Shown here piece by piece: positions 1-9,939 of a stretch of 64,000 nucleotides of DNA (the first letter of the stretch is position 1; every line of letters begins with the position of its first letter). Both the position numbers and the translations under genes were made by a program. This stretch comes from a virus. The stretch is taken from the IMG/VR virus record IMGVR_UViG_3300020538_000003, positions 32,065 through 96,064 of that record, one strand, 5' to 3'. The notes beneath the pieces were generated by a model. That model saw only the letters and a list, made by a program, of their open reading frames with translations, ran no database searches and had not been told where the DNA came from.

Positions 1-291
1 AAAATTTAAAATATCCCAGTTTAATAAAATATAATCAGTGAATCCAAGTTCATTAAATGTATCTAACTCTTGCTTCGCTCTATCATAGTATTTATCTTTA
101 TTCGTTTTTTTAGTTATACCTTTTTCTCTCAAAGCATTTCTAACAAGAGATTTAAGCAGATCAAAACTAGAACTTTCATTATTAAGAGAAGCGTCTATTT
201 TTTTTAACACTGACTCTTCGACAGAAATCTTTGGCAAATCTACACCTACTGGTTCACAATTATCGTAATTATAAAAATCTTTAAAAATCAT
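1..291 (-). CDS. dnaE: DNA polymerase III alpha (DnaE-like) core, 5' part only, lacking the PHP domain; runs off the window edge
   Basis: Not in the ORF track. ATG at 291 overlaps the upstream TGA (ATGA). Translation MIFKDFYNYDNCEPVGVDLP...YYDRAKQELDTFNELGFTDYILLNWDILNF matches the DnaE motif Y..RL..EL..I...GF..YFL.V.D. Confidence 0.85.
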   Translation of the reverse strand, partial: MIFKDFYNYDNCEPVGVDLPKISVEESVLKKIDASLNNESSSFDLLKSLVRNALREKGITKKTNKDKYYDRAKQELDTFNELGFTDYILLNWDILNF

Positions 292-902
292 AGTTCCATA
301 TTTTTTTTAATTTCTAGAAAAATCTTGAAGCACATTTCGCAATCATAAACAGCTTCATGCAGTTTCTTTTCGTCAAATTCAATGCCAAAAAATTTCAATT
401 GTTGAATTTGAGATACTTTTGATTTTAATGACCTATCATGCATTATTTTATATTGCCATGATAAGAAATCATGTTTAGGTTTATCAAGCTTTTCTCTAAA
501 AGCTTTACCCAAACATCTTGTGTCATAAATTCTATTTAAATAAGAATAATCTGGTTTTTCGCCAAGCAATTTTTGCAAAACAGCTATCATATAAACATCA
601 AAACCAAGAATATTCTGTCCTACAATTATATAATCATCATTATATAAGTAGTTTTTAAATTTCTCCCATACCTCTTTTGGTTTTTTCTTTTTCTTATTAT
701 AAGAATCTAAATTAAATCCAGTTAATTTAATTACTGTATCATTAAGCTTTAAATCTGGATATGAAATGTATTCATCATGTTTCTCAATAACGCGATTACC
801 TTGACAAACAATCCAAGCTAGTTGCCAAGGTCTTGATGATGATAAATTTAACCCTTCAGTTTCTGTATCAAATACGATATATTTTTGATTATATGGGAGC
901 AT
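288..902 (-). CDS. DEDDh 3'-5' exonuclease (DnaQ/epsilon-like)
   Basis: ExoI VFDTETEG, ExoII GQNILGFD, ExoIII HEAVYD. Confidence 0.9.
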   Translation of the reverse strand: MLPYNQKYIVFDTETEGLNLSSSRPWQLAWIVCQGNRVIEKHDEYISYPDLKLNDTVIKLTGFNLDSYNKKKKKPKEVWEKFKNYLYNDDYIIVGQNILGFDVYMIAVLQKLLGEKPDYSYLNRIYDTRCLGKAFREKLDKPKHDFLSWQYKIMHDRSLKSKVSQIQQLKFFGIEFDEKKLHEAVYDCEMCFKIFLEIKKNMEL

Positions 903-1608
903 GATTTTCTAGATATGATTGCCAGCAAAACTCATTTGAGCAAAAATGATTTAAATTTGGATTTGAATAAGATGGATTTTTTCCATTTGAGCGATTACAA
1001 ATTGCTTTATACATTTGAAACGCTTCAAAATCTTCTTTATTTTTATAATAAATTGATTTTGCATTTTGAATTGGTTGTTTAGATCCATTCATTGTAACTC
1101 TATTGACTTGATTTTTTATAAAGAAATCAAATGGATGATTATTGTCCTCAATAAAATAAAAATGATCAAATTTGGATAGTTCCAAATGAGACAAACCGAA
1201 ATAAAATAAATTATTATAAATATAAGAGTCGTAAAATGGAACTCCTATTTTAACATTATTGAAGAATAATTCATCTACTTCAGACAAGTTTAAAACAATT
1301 TCTTTATTTTCAAAAGTTTTTGAATAGAGGGCTTTTATATTATTTATGCCATCATTGTTTTTTGCAAAGAAAATTAATTTACTAGGAAGTTCGGAAAATG
1401 AATTTTCAACAACTGATAATCTTATTCCAAAGATTAATTTAATACCAAGTTCTTGAGCAACATTATTAATACTCCTAAAGCCATAAAAAGAGTCTTCAAC
1501 AACAACAATTTCACTAAGATTATATTCTGATTTAATATCAAATATATCTTTTGGCTGCAAAATGGATCGCCCAATACTAAAGTGAGTTTTAAAAAGAGGT
1601 ATTGCCAC
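889..1608 (-). CDS. Stand-alone, degenerate PHP domain of DNA polymerase III alpha
   Basis: PLFKTHFSIGRSIL, VVVEDSFYG, IKLIFGIRL and LIFFAKNNDG correspond to the DnaE N-terminal PHP motifs (HLHVHT.YS, TDH, IK.I.G.E, L.LLAKN..GY). Confidence 0.8.
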   Translation of the reverse strand: MAIPLFKTHFSIGRSILQPKDIFDIKSEYNLSEIVVVEDSFYGFRSINNVAQELGIKLIFGIRLSVVENSFSELPSKLIFFAKNNDGINNIKALYSKTFENKEIVLNLSEVDELFFNNVKIGVPFYDSYIYNNLFYFGLSHLELSKFDHFYFIEDNNHPFDFFIKNQVNRVTMNGSKQPIQNAKSIYYKNKEDFEAFQMYKAICNRSNGKNPSYSNPNLNHFCSNEFCWQSYLENHAPI

Positions 1609-1617
1609 TAGATAAGT

Positions 1618-2664
1618 TTATAACAATTCATTGATATTGTCAAATCTAAAAGCTGGACATCCAGAATATTTTCTCTTTTCTATAGAGAAGCCAAGTCCAT
1701 TTTTTCTTTTTTTGTTTAATTCTTCTTTAACATAAGAGGAGGATATAATATTTTTATCTTCGTCTAATAAAACAAAATAGTCAAATGGAAATTTAAATGG
1801 ACAATGCCACATTAAAGTTCCATCTTTTTTTAATTGACCTTTATATTCAGCTCTTCCACATACAACCCTCCCGCTAAACCCCTCTTCTTTAGAGGGGAAT
1901 CCTTTATTATAGGCAAGACCATCAATAGCAGATTTTTCATTAAAATTATTAATTATTGATTGAATTTGTGTTAAAAAATATTCAAAGCCTTCTAGTTCAT
2001 CTTCTGCCACTTCGCTCATTTCAAGAAGACCTTCGTTTTTACAATCAAATTTCAGAAACAAAAACTCCATATCTCTTTTTAAGAAATCTGGATATAAATA
2101 TTTAACAGCAAGACAATACATTAAATTTTGCATATTATCTTCAACTTCTTGACCGCTAAAAATTTGCTTAGATGTTTTGAAATCTCTTATTAATGCTATT
2201 CTTTTTTTCTTGAATAAGAATAATTTATCTATAAACCCAAGAATTCTATAATTCTTTTGACCATTATTGACCTCTATATCAAAATCCTTTTCGCTAATAG
2301 ATTCTGTTGGTTTGCCGTATTTATTGCCAAAAAAATCATAATTGAGACCCTCCATAATCATTTGATTAATTAATTCAAGATTATCAAAATCATCAATTTT
2401 ATTCTTTCTTGCAAAAGAATTAACCATACGATTAATTGGTTTAGATGATTTTATATCTTGATGTTTTACTAATTGATCATAATGATGTTTATGTCTTGGA
2501 TCGCCAAGAACCTCAAAAACTGCATGACATATACTTCCTCTTAGACTCCCTTCATTTGTTGTGTCTGGAAGCTTTAAATGATATTTGCACCAATATTGCC
2601 AAGAACATGTTTGTAATGTTTTAATTCTTGATGCCGAAAGTGGTTTATTCACTAATTCACTCAT
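1618..2664 (-). CDS. PD-(D/E)xK exonuclease, RecB/AddB/Cas4-like
   Basis: N-terminal LSASRIKTLQTC, G..CH..FE, GFIDKL...IRDFKTSK, and C-terminal cysteines (possible Fe-S staple). Confidence 0.85.
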   Translation of the reverse strand: MSELVNKPLSASRIKTLQTCSWQYWCKYHLKLPDTTNEGSLRGSICHAVFEVLGDPRHKHHYDQLVKHQDIKSSKPINRMVNSFARKNKIDDFDNLELINQMIMEGLNYDFFGNKYGKPTESISEKDFDIEVNNGQKNYRILGFIDKLFLFKKKRIALIRDFKTSKQIFSGQEVEDNMQNLMYCLAVKYLYPDFLKRDMEFLFLKFDCKNEGLLEMSEVAEDELEGFEYFLTQIQSIINNFNEKSAIDGLAYNKGFPSKEEGFSGRVVCGRAEYKGQLKKDGTLMWHCPFKFPFDYFVLLDEDKNIISSSYVKEELNKKRKNGLGFSIEKRKYSGCPAFRFDNINELL

Positions 2665-3703
2665 AGTTAAATTTATAAAGTTTTTTAAGTTTTTTGAGAG
2701 AATCAGAAAAAGATTTATTTGTTTTTAATGTAGACTCCATTTTTTCTGCTATTGAAATAACCATTTCAATAGACTCCTTGTGACTTATATCATCGACTTT
2801 TTTAAGATAGATTTCCAAATCATTCTTTGACATTTGTCCAAAATCATTTAAATCTGGCGGTATAAAATAAATATGTTTAAAATCTATTGTATCAATAAGT
2901 TTAAATATAGACTTAATCGCACCTTCAAAACCGCGATTTCTATCAGAGAGATAATCATTGTTAAAACAAACAATGATTTTTTTAACAGGCATTAAACTAA
3001 GTTTAGATATAAATTTAGACGAAATATTTAAACCAAAACTAACTAAATTATTTTTAATGCCTTTATCAAATAAAGATAACGAGTCTCCGATAGACTCTAC
3101 AATAAAAACCTTCTCTGAATTAAAAATAGAATTCCTGCATTCTTCGATAGAATAAAATGGATAAAACCAATCTGCAACTCTTCCAATATGCAGCCATTTT
3201 GGTTTATTTTCATCTAGGTCAGCTTTTCTGCCAGAAAAACCATGTATCTTTTTATCTTTGCTAAAGATTGGGAAAATTGTTCTTTGATACATTTTGCCAG
3301 ATGTAGAAAAGCCACATTGATATTTCTTAAGAGTTCCAATAGAAATATTCTTATCTAAATAAAAATCATAATGCGGCAAAAGTCTTTGAAGTGATGTGAT
3401 TGGATATGTTTTTTCTTCTTTCAAAAATGTTTTTTCTTTAATTATATTTACACCCTTTTGTATGTCTTTCAAATAACTCTTAATTATATTATTATCATTT
3501 GTATTTAATGTACGAGACAACAACGCCTCAAATGGCATAAAAGTACTGTCCTCTACATAGTCTTTCCATACTCCAGTGTCCTTGTAAATTTGAAGTGCCG
3601 TAGTGTTATCTCCAGATCTATATACAGCATTTGTCCTCCAATATTGACCATGGTCTTTTAGATTATATCCTAGGCTTTCTAAAATTTCTCTATACTTACT
3701 CAT
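2657..3703 (-). CDS. dnaG: DNA primase (DnaG-like, TOPRIM)
   Basis: RTIFPI...GFSGR, KWLH, IVESIGD and CFNND TOPRIM-like motifs; adjacent to the helicase. Confidence 0.8.
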   Translation of the reverse strand: MSKYREILESLGYNLKDHGQYWRTNAVYRSGDNTTALQIYKDTGVWKDYVEDSTFMPFEALLSRTLNTNDNNIIKSYLKDIQKGVNIIKEKTFLKEEKTYPITSLQRLLPHYDFYLDKNISIGTLKKYQCGFSTSGKMYQRTIFPIFSKDKKIHGFSGRKADLDENKPKWLHIGRVADWFYPFYSIEECRNSIFNSEKVFIVESIGDSLSLFDKGIKNNLVSFGLNISSKFISKLSLMPVKKIIVCFNNDYLSDRNRGFEGAIKSIFKLIDTIDFKHIYFIPPDLNDFGQMSKNDLEIYLKKVDDISHKESIEMVISIAEKMESTLKTNKSFSDSLKKLKKLYKFNYE

Positions 3704-5241
3704 TGTGAAAAAATCATTGGAATGGAGTTATCTTCGTCATCTTCTTCAAGATGAACGTCTTCATTATTCATAGAACGAACAATGTCATTCAAGTCGCCTT
3801 TTTCTGTGATGCAGAAGTTTTCAAATTCAAGATTAATGAAATTAGATTTTTTACTTCCATCTGGCATTTCAACTGGATTGATTGCTCTTAATGGATCTTT
3901 GCCAAGATGCCTTGCTTTAAGATTGACTAATTTGTGAGAGCCAAATCTATTTCCCTCAGAATGAATTTCCTCAGCAATCTTTTTGCGCAACAAGAAAAGA
4001 TGTGAGCAAAATTGAGTAATTCCATCAGAGAGAGATACGACACTTTCATCATCAACAATTGAATCTGCACTCCTGTTATTTGTAATTCCAAGTCTATTTG
4101 ATTGAACAGATGTGATCATTGAAACACATGGTTTTCCATCAAAACAAAGATCTCTGTGGATAGTTTGTTTAAACTTATGAACCATATATGAAACTTGTTG
4201 CCAACCATCAACTTTTCCAATAGATCCGAAATCACTTTTGATATAATCAAAACTAAAAATCAATGGATTACCTCTACCTATCTTAGAATAATAAAATCTT
4301 TTCAAAAGAGATGCCATTTCATCTGGACTCATGCCAGCAACATTCTCGTAATAAAATTCCATATTCTTAATTGTTTTAAAAGTAGACCTCACTTTCGCCA
4401 CAACCTGTTCAGGAGTCATTCCTTTATAAGAAGATGTTCTCCATTTACCTGTTTGCAAAAGCCAGACTGGTATTCCAGTCATTGCCGAACATTGACGAAA
4501 GATCAATTCTTCTTCACTCATTTCTCCATTGTCAAAATGAAGAACTGGAACATCATGCGTTGCAGATACCTTTGTTGTGTAATCCATACAAAATTGCGTC
4601 TTACCAACTCCAGATCGAGCGACAATAACAGTTATGTTTCCAGGCAATAATAAAGATCCATACATATCGTTAATTTTATCGTGTGGACCCATAAGTCCAA
4701 ATGTATCAACTGGATTGTTACCACGTTCTTCGACAACCTCTTCCATAATCTCGAAAAGATTAATTGGGCCAGATTCATTTATTTCAAAATCTTTTATACT
4801 CTTATTGTAGATTTGGTCTGCCTTTTCTACAATTTCGCTATATTTTAAACTTGGATCTATATTCTTGACAAAAGATGCCACATCTTTGCATGTTGCATAA
4901 ATTTCTCTTCTGGCTGTAAATTTCTTTAATTCACGAACTGATGATTCAAAAACGTCTTCGCTAATTTTAAAAAAGGCAAGAGAATAAATGTATTCCGAAA
5001 CATCTATACTATCTGGAAAACTAACCTTTAGTTGATTTATTCTTTGAATCAAAATTGTTTCATCGATTAATTCAGCATTGTCCAATGCGTTTTTAAGCAA
5101 CTTAAATATGGATATATTTACCTTAGAGCTTTCGGTATAAAAATCATTGTCCTTTAAAAATGATGATACTTCAGCCCATTTTTTAGGATGTTGAATAATT
5201 CCGCTTAATACTTTTTTTTCTAATTCGTATGAAAAAATCAT
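3700..5241 (-). CDS. dnaB: Replicative helicase, DnaB family
   Basis: N-terminal ELEKKVLSGII...DFY, Walker A ARSGVGKT, GEMSEEEL, Walker B FDYI, QSNR, KARH. Confidence 0.92.
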   Translation of the reverse strand: MIFSYELEKKVLSGIIQHPKKWAEVSSFLKDNDFYTESSKVNISIFKLLKNALDNAELIDETILIQRINQLKVSFPDSIDVSEYIYSLAFFKISEDVFESSVRELKKFTARREIYATCKDVASFVKNIDPSLKYSEIVEKADQIYNKSIKDFEINESGPINLFEIMEEVVEERGNNPVDTFGLMGPHDKINDMYGSLLLPGNITVIVARSGVGKTQFCMDYTTKVSATHDVPVLHFDNGEMSEEELIFRQCSAMTGIPVWLLQTGKWRTSSYKGMTPEQVVAKVRSTFKTIKNMEFYYENVAGMSPDEMASLLKRFYYSKIGRGNPLIFSFDYIKSDFGSIGKVDGWQQVSYMVHKFKQTIHRDLCFDGKPCVSMITSVQSNRLGITNNRSADSIVDDESVVSLSDGITQFCSHLFLLRKKIAEEIHSEGNRFGSHKLVNLKARHLGKDPLRAINPVEMPDGSKKSNFINLEFENFCITEKGDLNDIVRSMNNEDVHLEEDDEDNSIPMIFSQ

Positions 5242-5462
5242 AGTGATATATTGTCTTCGTTGTCTTCAATAAAAAGTTCAATTGTTTTCTTAAGAGCCAT
5301 GTTTACACACATGTTATCAAATTTATTTAAAATAGATGGAATGCCATCTGAATTAACATAAGCAAGAATAAAGCCTTTCGTTCCAGATGATGATGTACCT
5401 GTAAGATCATAAAGTTTATGGACTATTGATTCTGGTAATGTAAATGGTTCATTTTCCTTCAT
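5238..5462 (-). CDS. Hypothetical protein
   Basis: 74 aa, coupled by ATGA overlaps within the operon. Confidence 0.7.
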   Translation of the reverse strand: MKENEPFTLPESIVHKLYDLTGTSSSGTKGFILAYVNSDGIPSILNKFDNMCVNMALKKTIELFIEDNEDNISL

Positions 5463-5866
5463 AAGATTTCTAAATTCTTTAAGAGTTCCTCGTCTAGTTT
5501 ATCCGATTCCAATATTCTTACAAGCTTAATATTGTTGACATCGCAAAAAAGTTCCTTTTTTTCATCTCTTTGTAATTGGGCTAAAAAATTTTGTCTTGAA
5601 TTTGAGTGAAAAAATTTATTAAATTTATAATGTTGATTTCCGTCTACTTCAATAGCAATTTTTTTATTTGCATTATAAAAATCAATTGTTAATCTTGTGC
5701 TAATAACTGGCATTTCTTCAAAAACAATATCTGCAATCCAGTATTTTTTTAATAAATCTTTAACTCTTTTTTGAATTTTACTTTTACATGTACTATTCCA
5801 CTTTATTAAATAACGAGTTGAGTTTTTTAATTTTACTGATTTACCTGATGTCGATAAAAATATCAT
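5459..5866 (-). CDS. DUF559/Vsr-like endonuclease
   Basis: IDFY....IAIEVDGNQH...RD..K.......I.LVRI. Confidence 0.85.
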   Translation of the reverse strand: MIFLSTSGKSVKLKNSTRYLIKWNSTCKSKIQKRVKDLLKKYWIADIVFEEMPVISTRLTIDFYNANKKIAIEVDGNQHYKFNKFFHSNSRQNFLAQLQRDEKKELFCDVNNIKLVRILESDKLDEELLKNLEIL

Positions 5867-6975
5867 TTTGATAGAAAATTATCTTTAACAAACTTTGCCA
5901 ATGCAATTGTTACTTCTTCATTTTCTTCAAGAAAATCGTAAATAGATTGCATTCCTTGAAATTTATCTTTAATTGATAAATTTTGTGATTCCAGATAAGT
6001 TTTAACTTCGGGGTCAATAGCAAACCAAGATCCAGATTTTTCTACTAACCCCCACATTGTCATCATTTCGACAACCTCTCTCTCAACCCAAATAGACTTA
6101 CCATTTGAGCGACCATGTTTAATGGGGTATTTTACCACCTGACCAGTTGATTCATTTGTCGATTTGCAGATAAGAATTTTCGCCATATGGCCAAAAATTT
6201 TATTATCGACTCCAATTTGTTGATTTGGTTTTTCAAGAATTTTGTCTGATTTGTTTTGTTTTTGAAATTCAAGAATCCAATCTGGATAATGCAATAATGC
6301 ATTCCCACCACTTGAGTTTGTTTGGTTATTTGGATCTCCTTTAGCATAAGGATTAATGTCAACCTTTGCTCTAACTTGAGAGATCATGATGCACATATGC
6401 CCAAATTTTGACATTCCAAGACTAACTCTTTTAAGAAAATCTGAACTCATTAATGCGCCAGCGGCAACTTTTGCAGCTTCACTTGTGGATTTTTCTAATT
6501 CTGCTTTTGGAAGTAAACCATCCATGCTATCTACAACAATACAAAACTTTTCTTTATCTGGATTATTCCTAAGCAAACCTCTTAAAAAATCAAAAACAGT
6601 ATCGTACACATTGCACTCAAACACCAAACATGTGCCGATAACCCATTCTTCAGCATTAAAAACAAAATTAAGACCAGATCTTTCACGGACATCTTTTGAA
6701 AGTCTGCCTTCTGCTTTAATGTAAAGACCTTTTGAATCACCAACACTTTTTAACATATTAAGCATGACATGAAGAGCTTCATTTGTTTTGCCGCCTTCGT
6801 TTGCTCCAATAAATCTATGCATTCCACTTCCAAACCCCCCTCCAAGATAAGAGTCTAAAATCATACTACCACTTGAGACTAAATAGTCTTCTGCGGTATT
6901 TTCTAAATTATAATGAAATTCCTTGTTGCTTTTAAGGAATTCTTTCGTGTAGTCTATTGTGTTTATTTTACTCAT
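5863..6975 (-). CDS. recA: RecA/UvsX-like recombinase
   Basis: SSGS..LD..LGGG, Walker A GANEGGKT, VVDS, ISQVR, SSGGNALLHY, VEKSGSWF. Confidence 0.93.
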   Translation of the reverse strand: MSKINTIDYTKEFLKSNKEFHYNLENTAEDYLVSSGSMILDSYLGGGFGSGMHRFIGANEGGKTNEALHVMLNMLKSVGDSKGLYIKAEGRLSKDVRERSGLNFVFNAEEWVIGTCLVFECNVYDTVFDFLRGLLRNNPDKEKFCIVVDSMDGLLPKAELEKSTSEAAKVAAGALMSSDFLKRVSLGMSKFGHMCIMISQVRAKVDINPYAKGDPNNQTNSSGGNALLHYPDWILEFQKQNKSDKILEKPNQQIGVDNKIFGHMAKILICKSTNESTGQVVKYPIKHGRSNGKSIWVEREVVEMMTMWGLVEKSGSWFAIDPEVKTYLESQNLSIKDKFQGMQSIYDFLEENEEVTIALAKFVKDNFLSK

Positions 6976-7348
6976 TATCTAAAAATTGTCTTATTGTTCT
7001 TTTTTTATTTTGTATAACATCATCTCCAACTTTCTCACCCAAGTCTATTGCACTTTCAATTTTTTTAGGCTTATATTTAAATTCCTTATATTTTAAATCA
7101 AGAAATTTAACGCCATCTTTAGTAAGAAACCATTTTATACTTGCCTCCATTTTAAATAATGGTTTAACCTTTGAAAGGAAATCAACATCATTGTCAAATC
7201 TTTCAAAGATTTGAGTGGCAATTTTCATATCTAAAGCAATATTGCTGGATTTTTTATTATCCAGCAATCTTTTAACAAATTCCTTTCTCTCCTTAAAAAA
7301 GGGTTTAGGAGCTTTTTTGGGCTTAGCTGTTTTTTTACTTTGCGCCAT
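6968..7348 (-). CDS. Basic hypothetical protein (start probably MAQSKK at 7348)
   Basis: Track ORF 6968..7408; the internal ATG at 7348 gives a short overlap with the gmd stop. Confidence 0.7.
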   Translation of the reverse strand: MAQSKKTAKPKKAPKPFFKERKEFVKRLLDNKKSSNIALDMKIATQIFERFDNDVDFLSKVKPLFKMEASIKWFLTKDGVKFLDLKYKEFKYKPKKIESAIDLGEKVGDDVIQNKKRTIRQFLDNE

Positions 7349-8411
7349 TAAACTCTTTATAATAGAGATTAATGTCATTGTCAACCATTTTTCTAACCAA
7401 TTTATCAAAAGACGTTTTGGGCATCCATTTTAATTCTTTCCGAGCTTTCGTGGAATCCCCTAAAAGCAAATCAACTTCTGCGGGGCGATAAAATTTTTGA
7501 TCAATTTGAACTAATTTTAATTCTGGAACACCTGCAAAATCATTTAAGTAATTTGGCAGTAAATATAAAGTATCTAAGTTTTCGCCAACCCAAATACCAT
7601 CAATGCCAGCAGCCTTAAAAGCTAACTCCACAAATTCTTTTATTGTGTGAGTTTCATTAGAGGATAGCACATATTCTTTAGGTTCGTCTTGATTTAACAT
7701 TAACCATACACCCTCTACGAAATCTTCAGCATCGCTCCAATCTCTTTTAGAATCTAAATTACCAAGTCTGAGTGTTTCAAATGGAATTTGATTTTCAATA
7801 GCGTGTTTGATTCTAGCAACATTTTTTGTAATTTTGCGCGTTACAAATTCTTCGCCACGGCGAGTTCCTTCGTGGTTAAACAACCAACCCTGAATAGCAT
7901 AAAGGTTATAAGACTCACGGTAAACTTTAACAAGATGTCTTGCTGAGGCTTTAGATGCTCCATATGGACTTCTAGGGCGCAATGGATGTTCCTCCGTTTG
8001 AGGGGCAACTATTACGTCACCAAACTCTTCTGAAGATCCAGCATTATAATAACGACATTGTGGGGCAAATTTTCTGATAGCTTCTAATTGATATAAAACT
8101 GCCATACAATTAGTATTCATATGATTTACTGGCATAGTCCAACTATTACCAACAAATGAATTTGCCGCAAAGTTAATAAAATAATCTGGATTTTCTTCTT
8201 GAATAACTCTGTCCACATTGGATTGGTCAGTTATATCAAGATCAATTAATTTAAATCTTGAATTATTAATAAGATGTTCAATGTTTTGATGATTTTTAAC
8301 GCTCAGTCTTCTAACTCCAGCAACAATAGTATGGTCTGTTTCTTTTAAAAGAAAATCGGCCATAAAACTTCCATCTTGTCCAGTTATTCCAGTTATTAAT
8401 ACTTTTTTCAT
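7335..8411 (-). CDS. gmd: GDP-mannose 4,6-dehydratase
   Basis: MKKVLITGITGQDGS, SSEEFG, SPYGASK, FNHEG.RRGEEFVTRKIT, LGNLDSKRDW, YRPAEVDLLLGD. Start trimmed to 8411. Confidence 0.97.
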   Translation of the reverse strand: MKKVLITGITGQDGSFMADFLLKETDHTIVAGVRRLSVKNHQNIEHLINNSRFKLIDLDITDQSNVDRVIQEENPDYFINFAANSFVGNSWTMPVNHMNTNCMAVLYQLEAIRKFAPQCRYYNAGSSEEFGDVIVAPQTEEHPLRPRSPYGASKASARHLVKVYRESYNLYAIQGWLFNHEGTRRGEEFVTRKITKNVARIKHAIENQIPFETLRLGNLDSKRDWSDAEDFVEGVWLMLNQDEPKEYVLSSNETHTIKEFVELAFKAAGIDGIWVGENLDTLYLLPNYLNDFAGVPELKLVQIDQKFYRPAEVDLLLGDSTKARKELKWMPKTSFDKLVRKMVDNDINLYYKEFNGAK

Positions 8412-8428
8412 AAAAAAATAAACATTAT

Positions 8429-9187
8429 TTATTGATTTGGATTTCCTCCAATATGTGTGCAATCAACATATTCTTGATTAAAAAATGCAAAATGATTTTC
8501 GCTTGATGTTAAATGTTTAAAGCCCCATCCAGATTGCAACTCTATATGCATATTTTTAATATGCTCATAATATTGACTAATAAATTTATATGCAAGCCAT
8601 GCATCTCTAGTTCTAACTATATTTGGCTGAAAAGTAAAAGTTGATCCATATGGAGTTGATTTATCTGTTTGTATAAAATAAATATCTTTATCTATATTAA
8701 CATCTTTATTTACTTCAGATATTTCATGATTAAATCTAAAACAAAGTAGATCTTTATTAAGGTTTAACTCTTTGATTGCATAATTAATATAATATTCTAA
8801 ATCATATTTTTTTATATTTATAATCCAATCGTCCTCCAACCATAAGGAATATGGTTGAGAATGTAGTCTGTTATTGCTAAATGATTTTATTATATCTTGC
8901 GTATAACCAATCGCATGGCTTTCTTTATCATGACTCCAAGCACCAATTGTTTTATCAACTAAAAAATTAAATGACAAAAGAATCTTTTCCATCTGTTCAG
9001 CAATATGCTCTTCATTTGGAGAAACTTTAATATGAGCGTATTTAAAAAATAAATTTGGATTTATCTTTTTAAATAAATCCTCAATAGTCTTTTGATAAAT
9101 TTCTTTATTACCAAAGTGACCTTTCGTAGTAGTAAATAAAACTAAATTAATCATTGTTCTTTCATAGATATTTTTTATTAAACCCAC
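8429..9187 (-). CDS. Glycosyltransferase, GT-A fold
   Basis: LWLEDDW DxD-type motif, FTFQP and C-terminal HIG. Start may be 9154. Confidence 0.75.
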   Translation of the reverse strand: MGLIKNIYERTMINLVLFTTTKGHFGNKEIYQKTIEDLFKKINPNLFFKYAHIKVSPNEEHIAEQMEKILLSFNFLVDKTIGAWSHDKESHAIGYTQDIIKSFSNNRLHSQPYSLWLEDDWIINIKKYDLEYYINYAIKELNLNKDLLCFRFNHEISEVNKDVNIDKDIYFIQTDKSTPYGSTFTFQPNIVRTRDAWLAYKFISQYYEHIKNMHIELQSGWGFKHLTSSENHFAFFNQEYVDCTHIGGNPNQ

Positions 9188-9939
9188 CAGTTTAAAATAT
9201 AATCTTCTCTTCCATCATAATTCGGAAAATCTAATTTGTCAATTGGATATTCATTTTTGTCTAATTTAAATAATGGATAATCTTTTCTTAAAAAAGAAAT
9301 TTCTAAAGAATCTGGAAAATCTATATATCTTGGAGAGTGATTATTAGCATGAATATGAATAATATTATAATATTGGCAAATTTTTTTAAAGAATTCTTGT
9401 TTTATATGTTTATCTTTTTTTATGGATGAAATTGGTTCTTCTATGGTCCATTTTTCAGGAATCTCTTCAATAAGTCCATGAATTTCAATTGAAATTTGAT
9501 CAAAGTGCTTGCTTATAAAATCAATATCATTATTAATGACTTCATATTCATAACCTTCAATATCCATTTTTAAAATCATGTTTTTTTCATTTTCATGATT
9601 ATTTTCTTTGATGTGATTTTTGATTAAACTTTTAAATAAAAATTCTGACTTAAAAATAAAATTTGGATGATTTACTGGTGGATTATTTATTGATCCATCA
9701 TACATATAAACATTTTTATTTTGATCAGCGCAATCTAAATCAAAACGCAATCCTTGTGGATCAGATCCAATACCATACGAATAAACTATATTTGACTTAT
9801 CAAATAATTCTTGTAAAAAAACATAACTTCCATCTTTAAATCCTCCGTATCTTTTTTTAGTAAAATCACTTAGATATGGATATATTATTTTTTTTAAAAA
9901 ATTATATTTATTTGGTTCTCTTGGATCAAAGAATATCAT
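9178..9939 (-). CDS. FkbM-like SAM-dependent methyltransferase
   Basis: RYGGFKDGSY, VYSYGIG, LKMDIEGYEY, QISIEIH, HIHANN. Confidence 0.85.
   Translation of the reverse strand: MIFFDPREPNKYNFLKKIIYPYLSDFTKKRYGGFKDGSYVFLQELFDKSNIVYSYGIGSDPQGLRFDLDCADQNKNVYMYDGSINNPPVNHPNFIFKSEFLFKSLIKNHIKENNHENEKNMILKMDIEGYEYEVINNDIDFISKHFDQISIEIHGLIEEIPEKWTIEEPISSIKKDKHIKQEFFKKICQYYNIIHIHANNHSPRYIDFPDSLEISFLRKDYPLFKLDKNEYPIDKLDFPNYDGREDYILNWWV

Noticed and set aside
1618-2664. Cas4-like nuclease as evidence of a CRISPR system
   Set aside because: There are no other cas genes or repeat-spacer array, and the gene sits in a replication operon.
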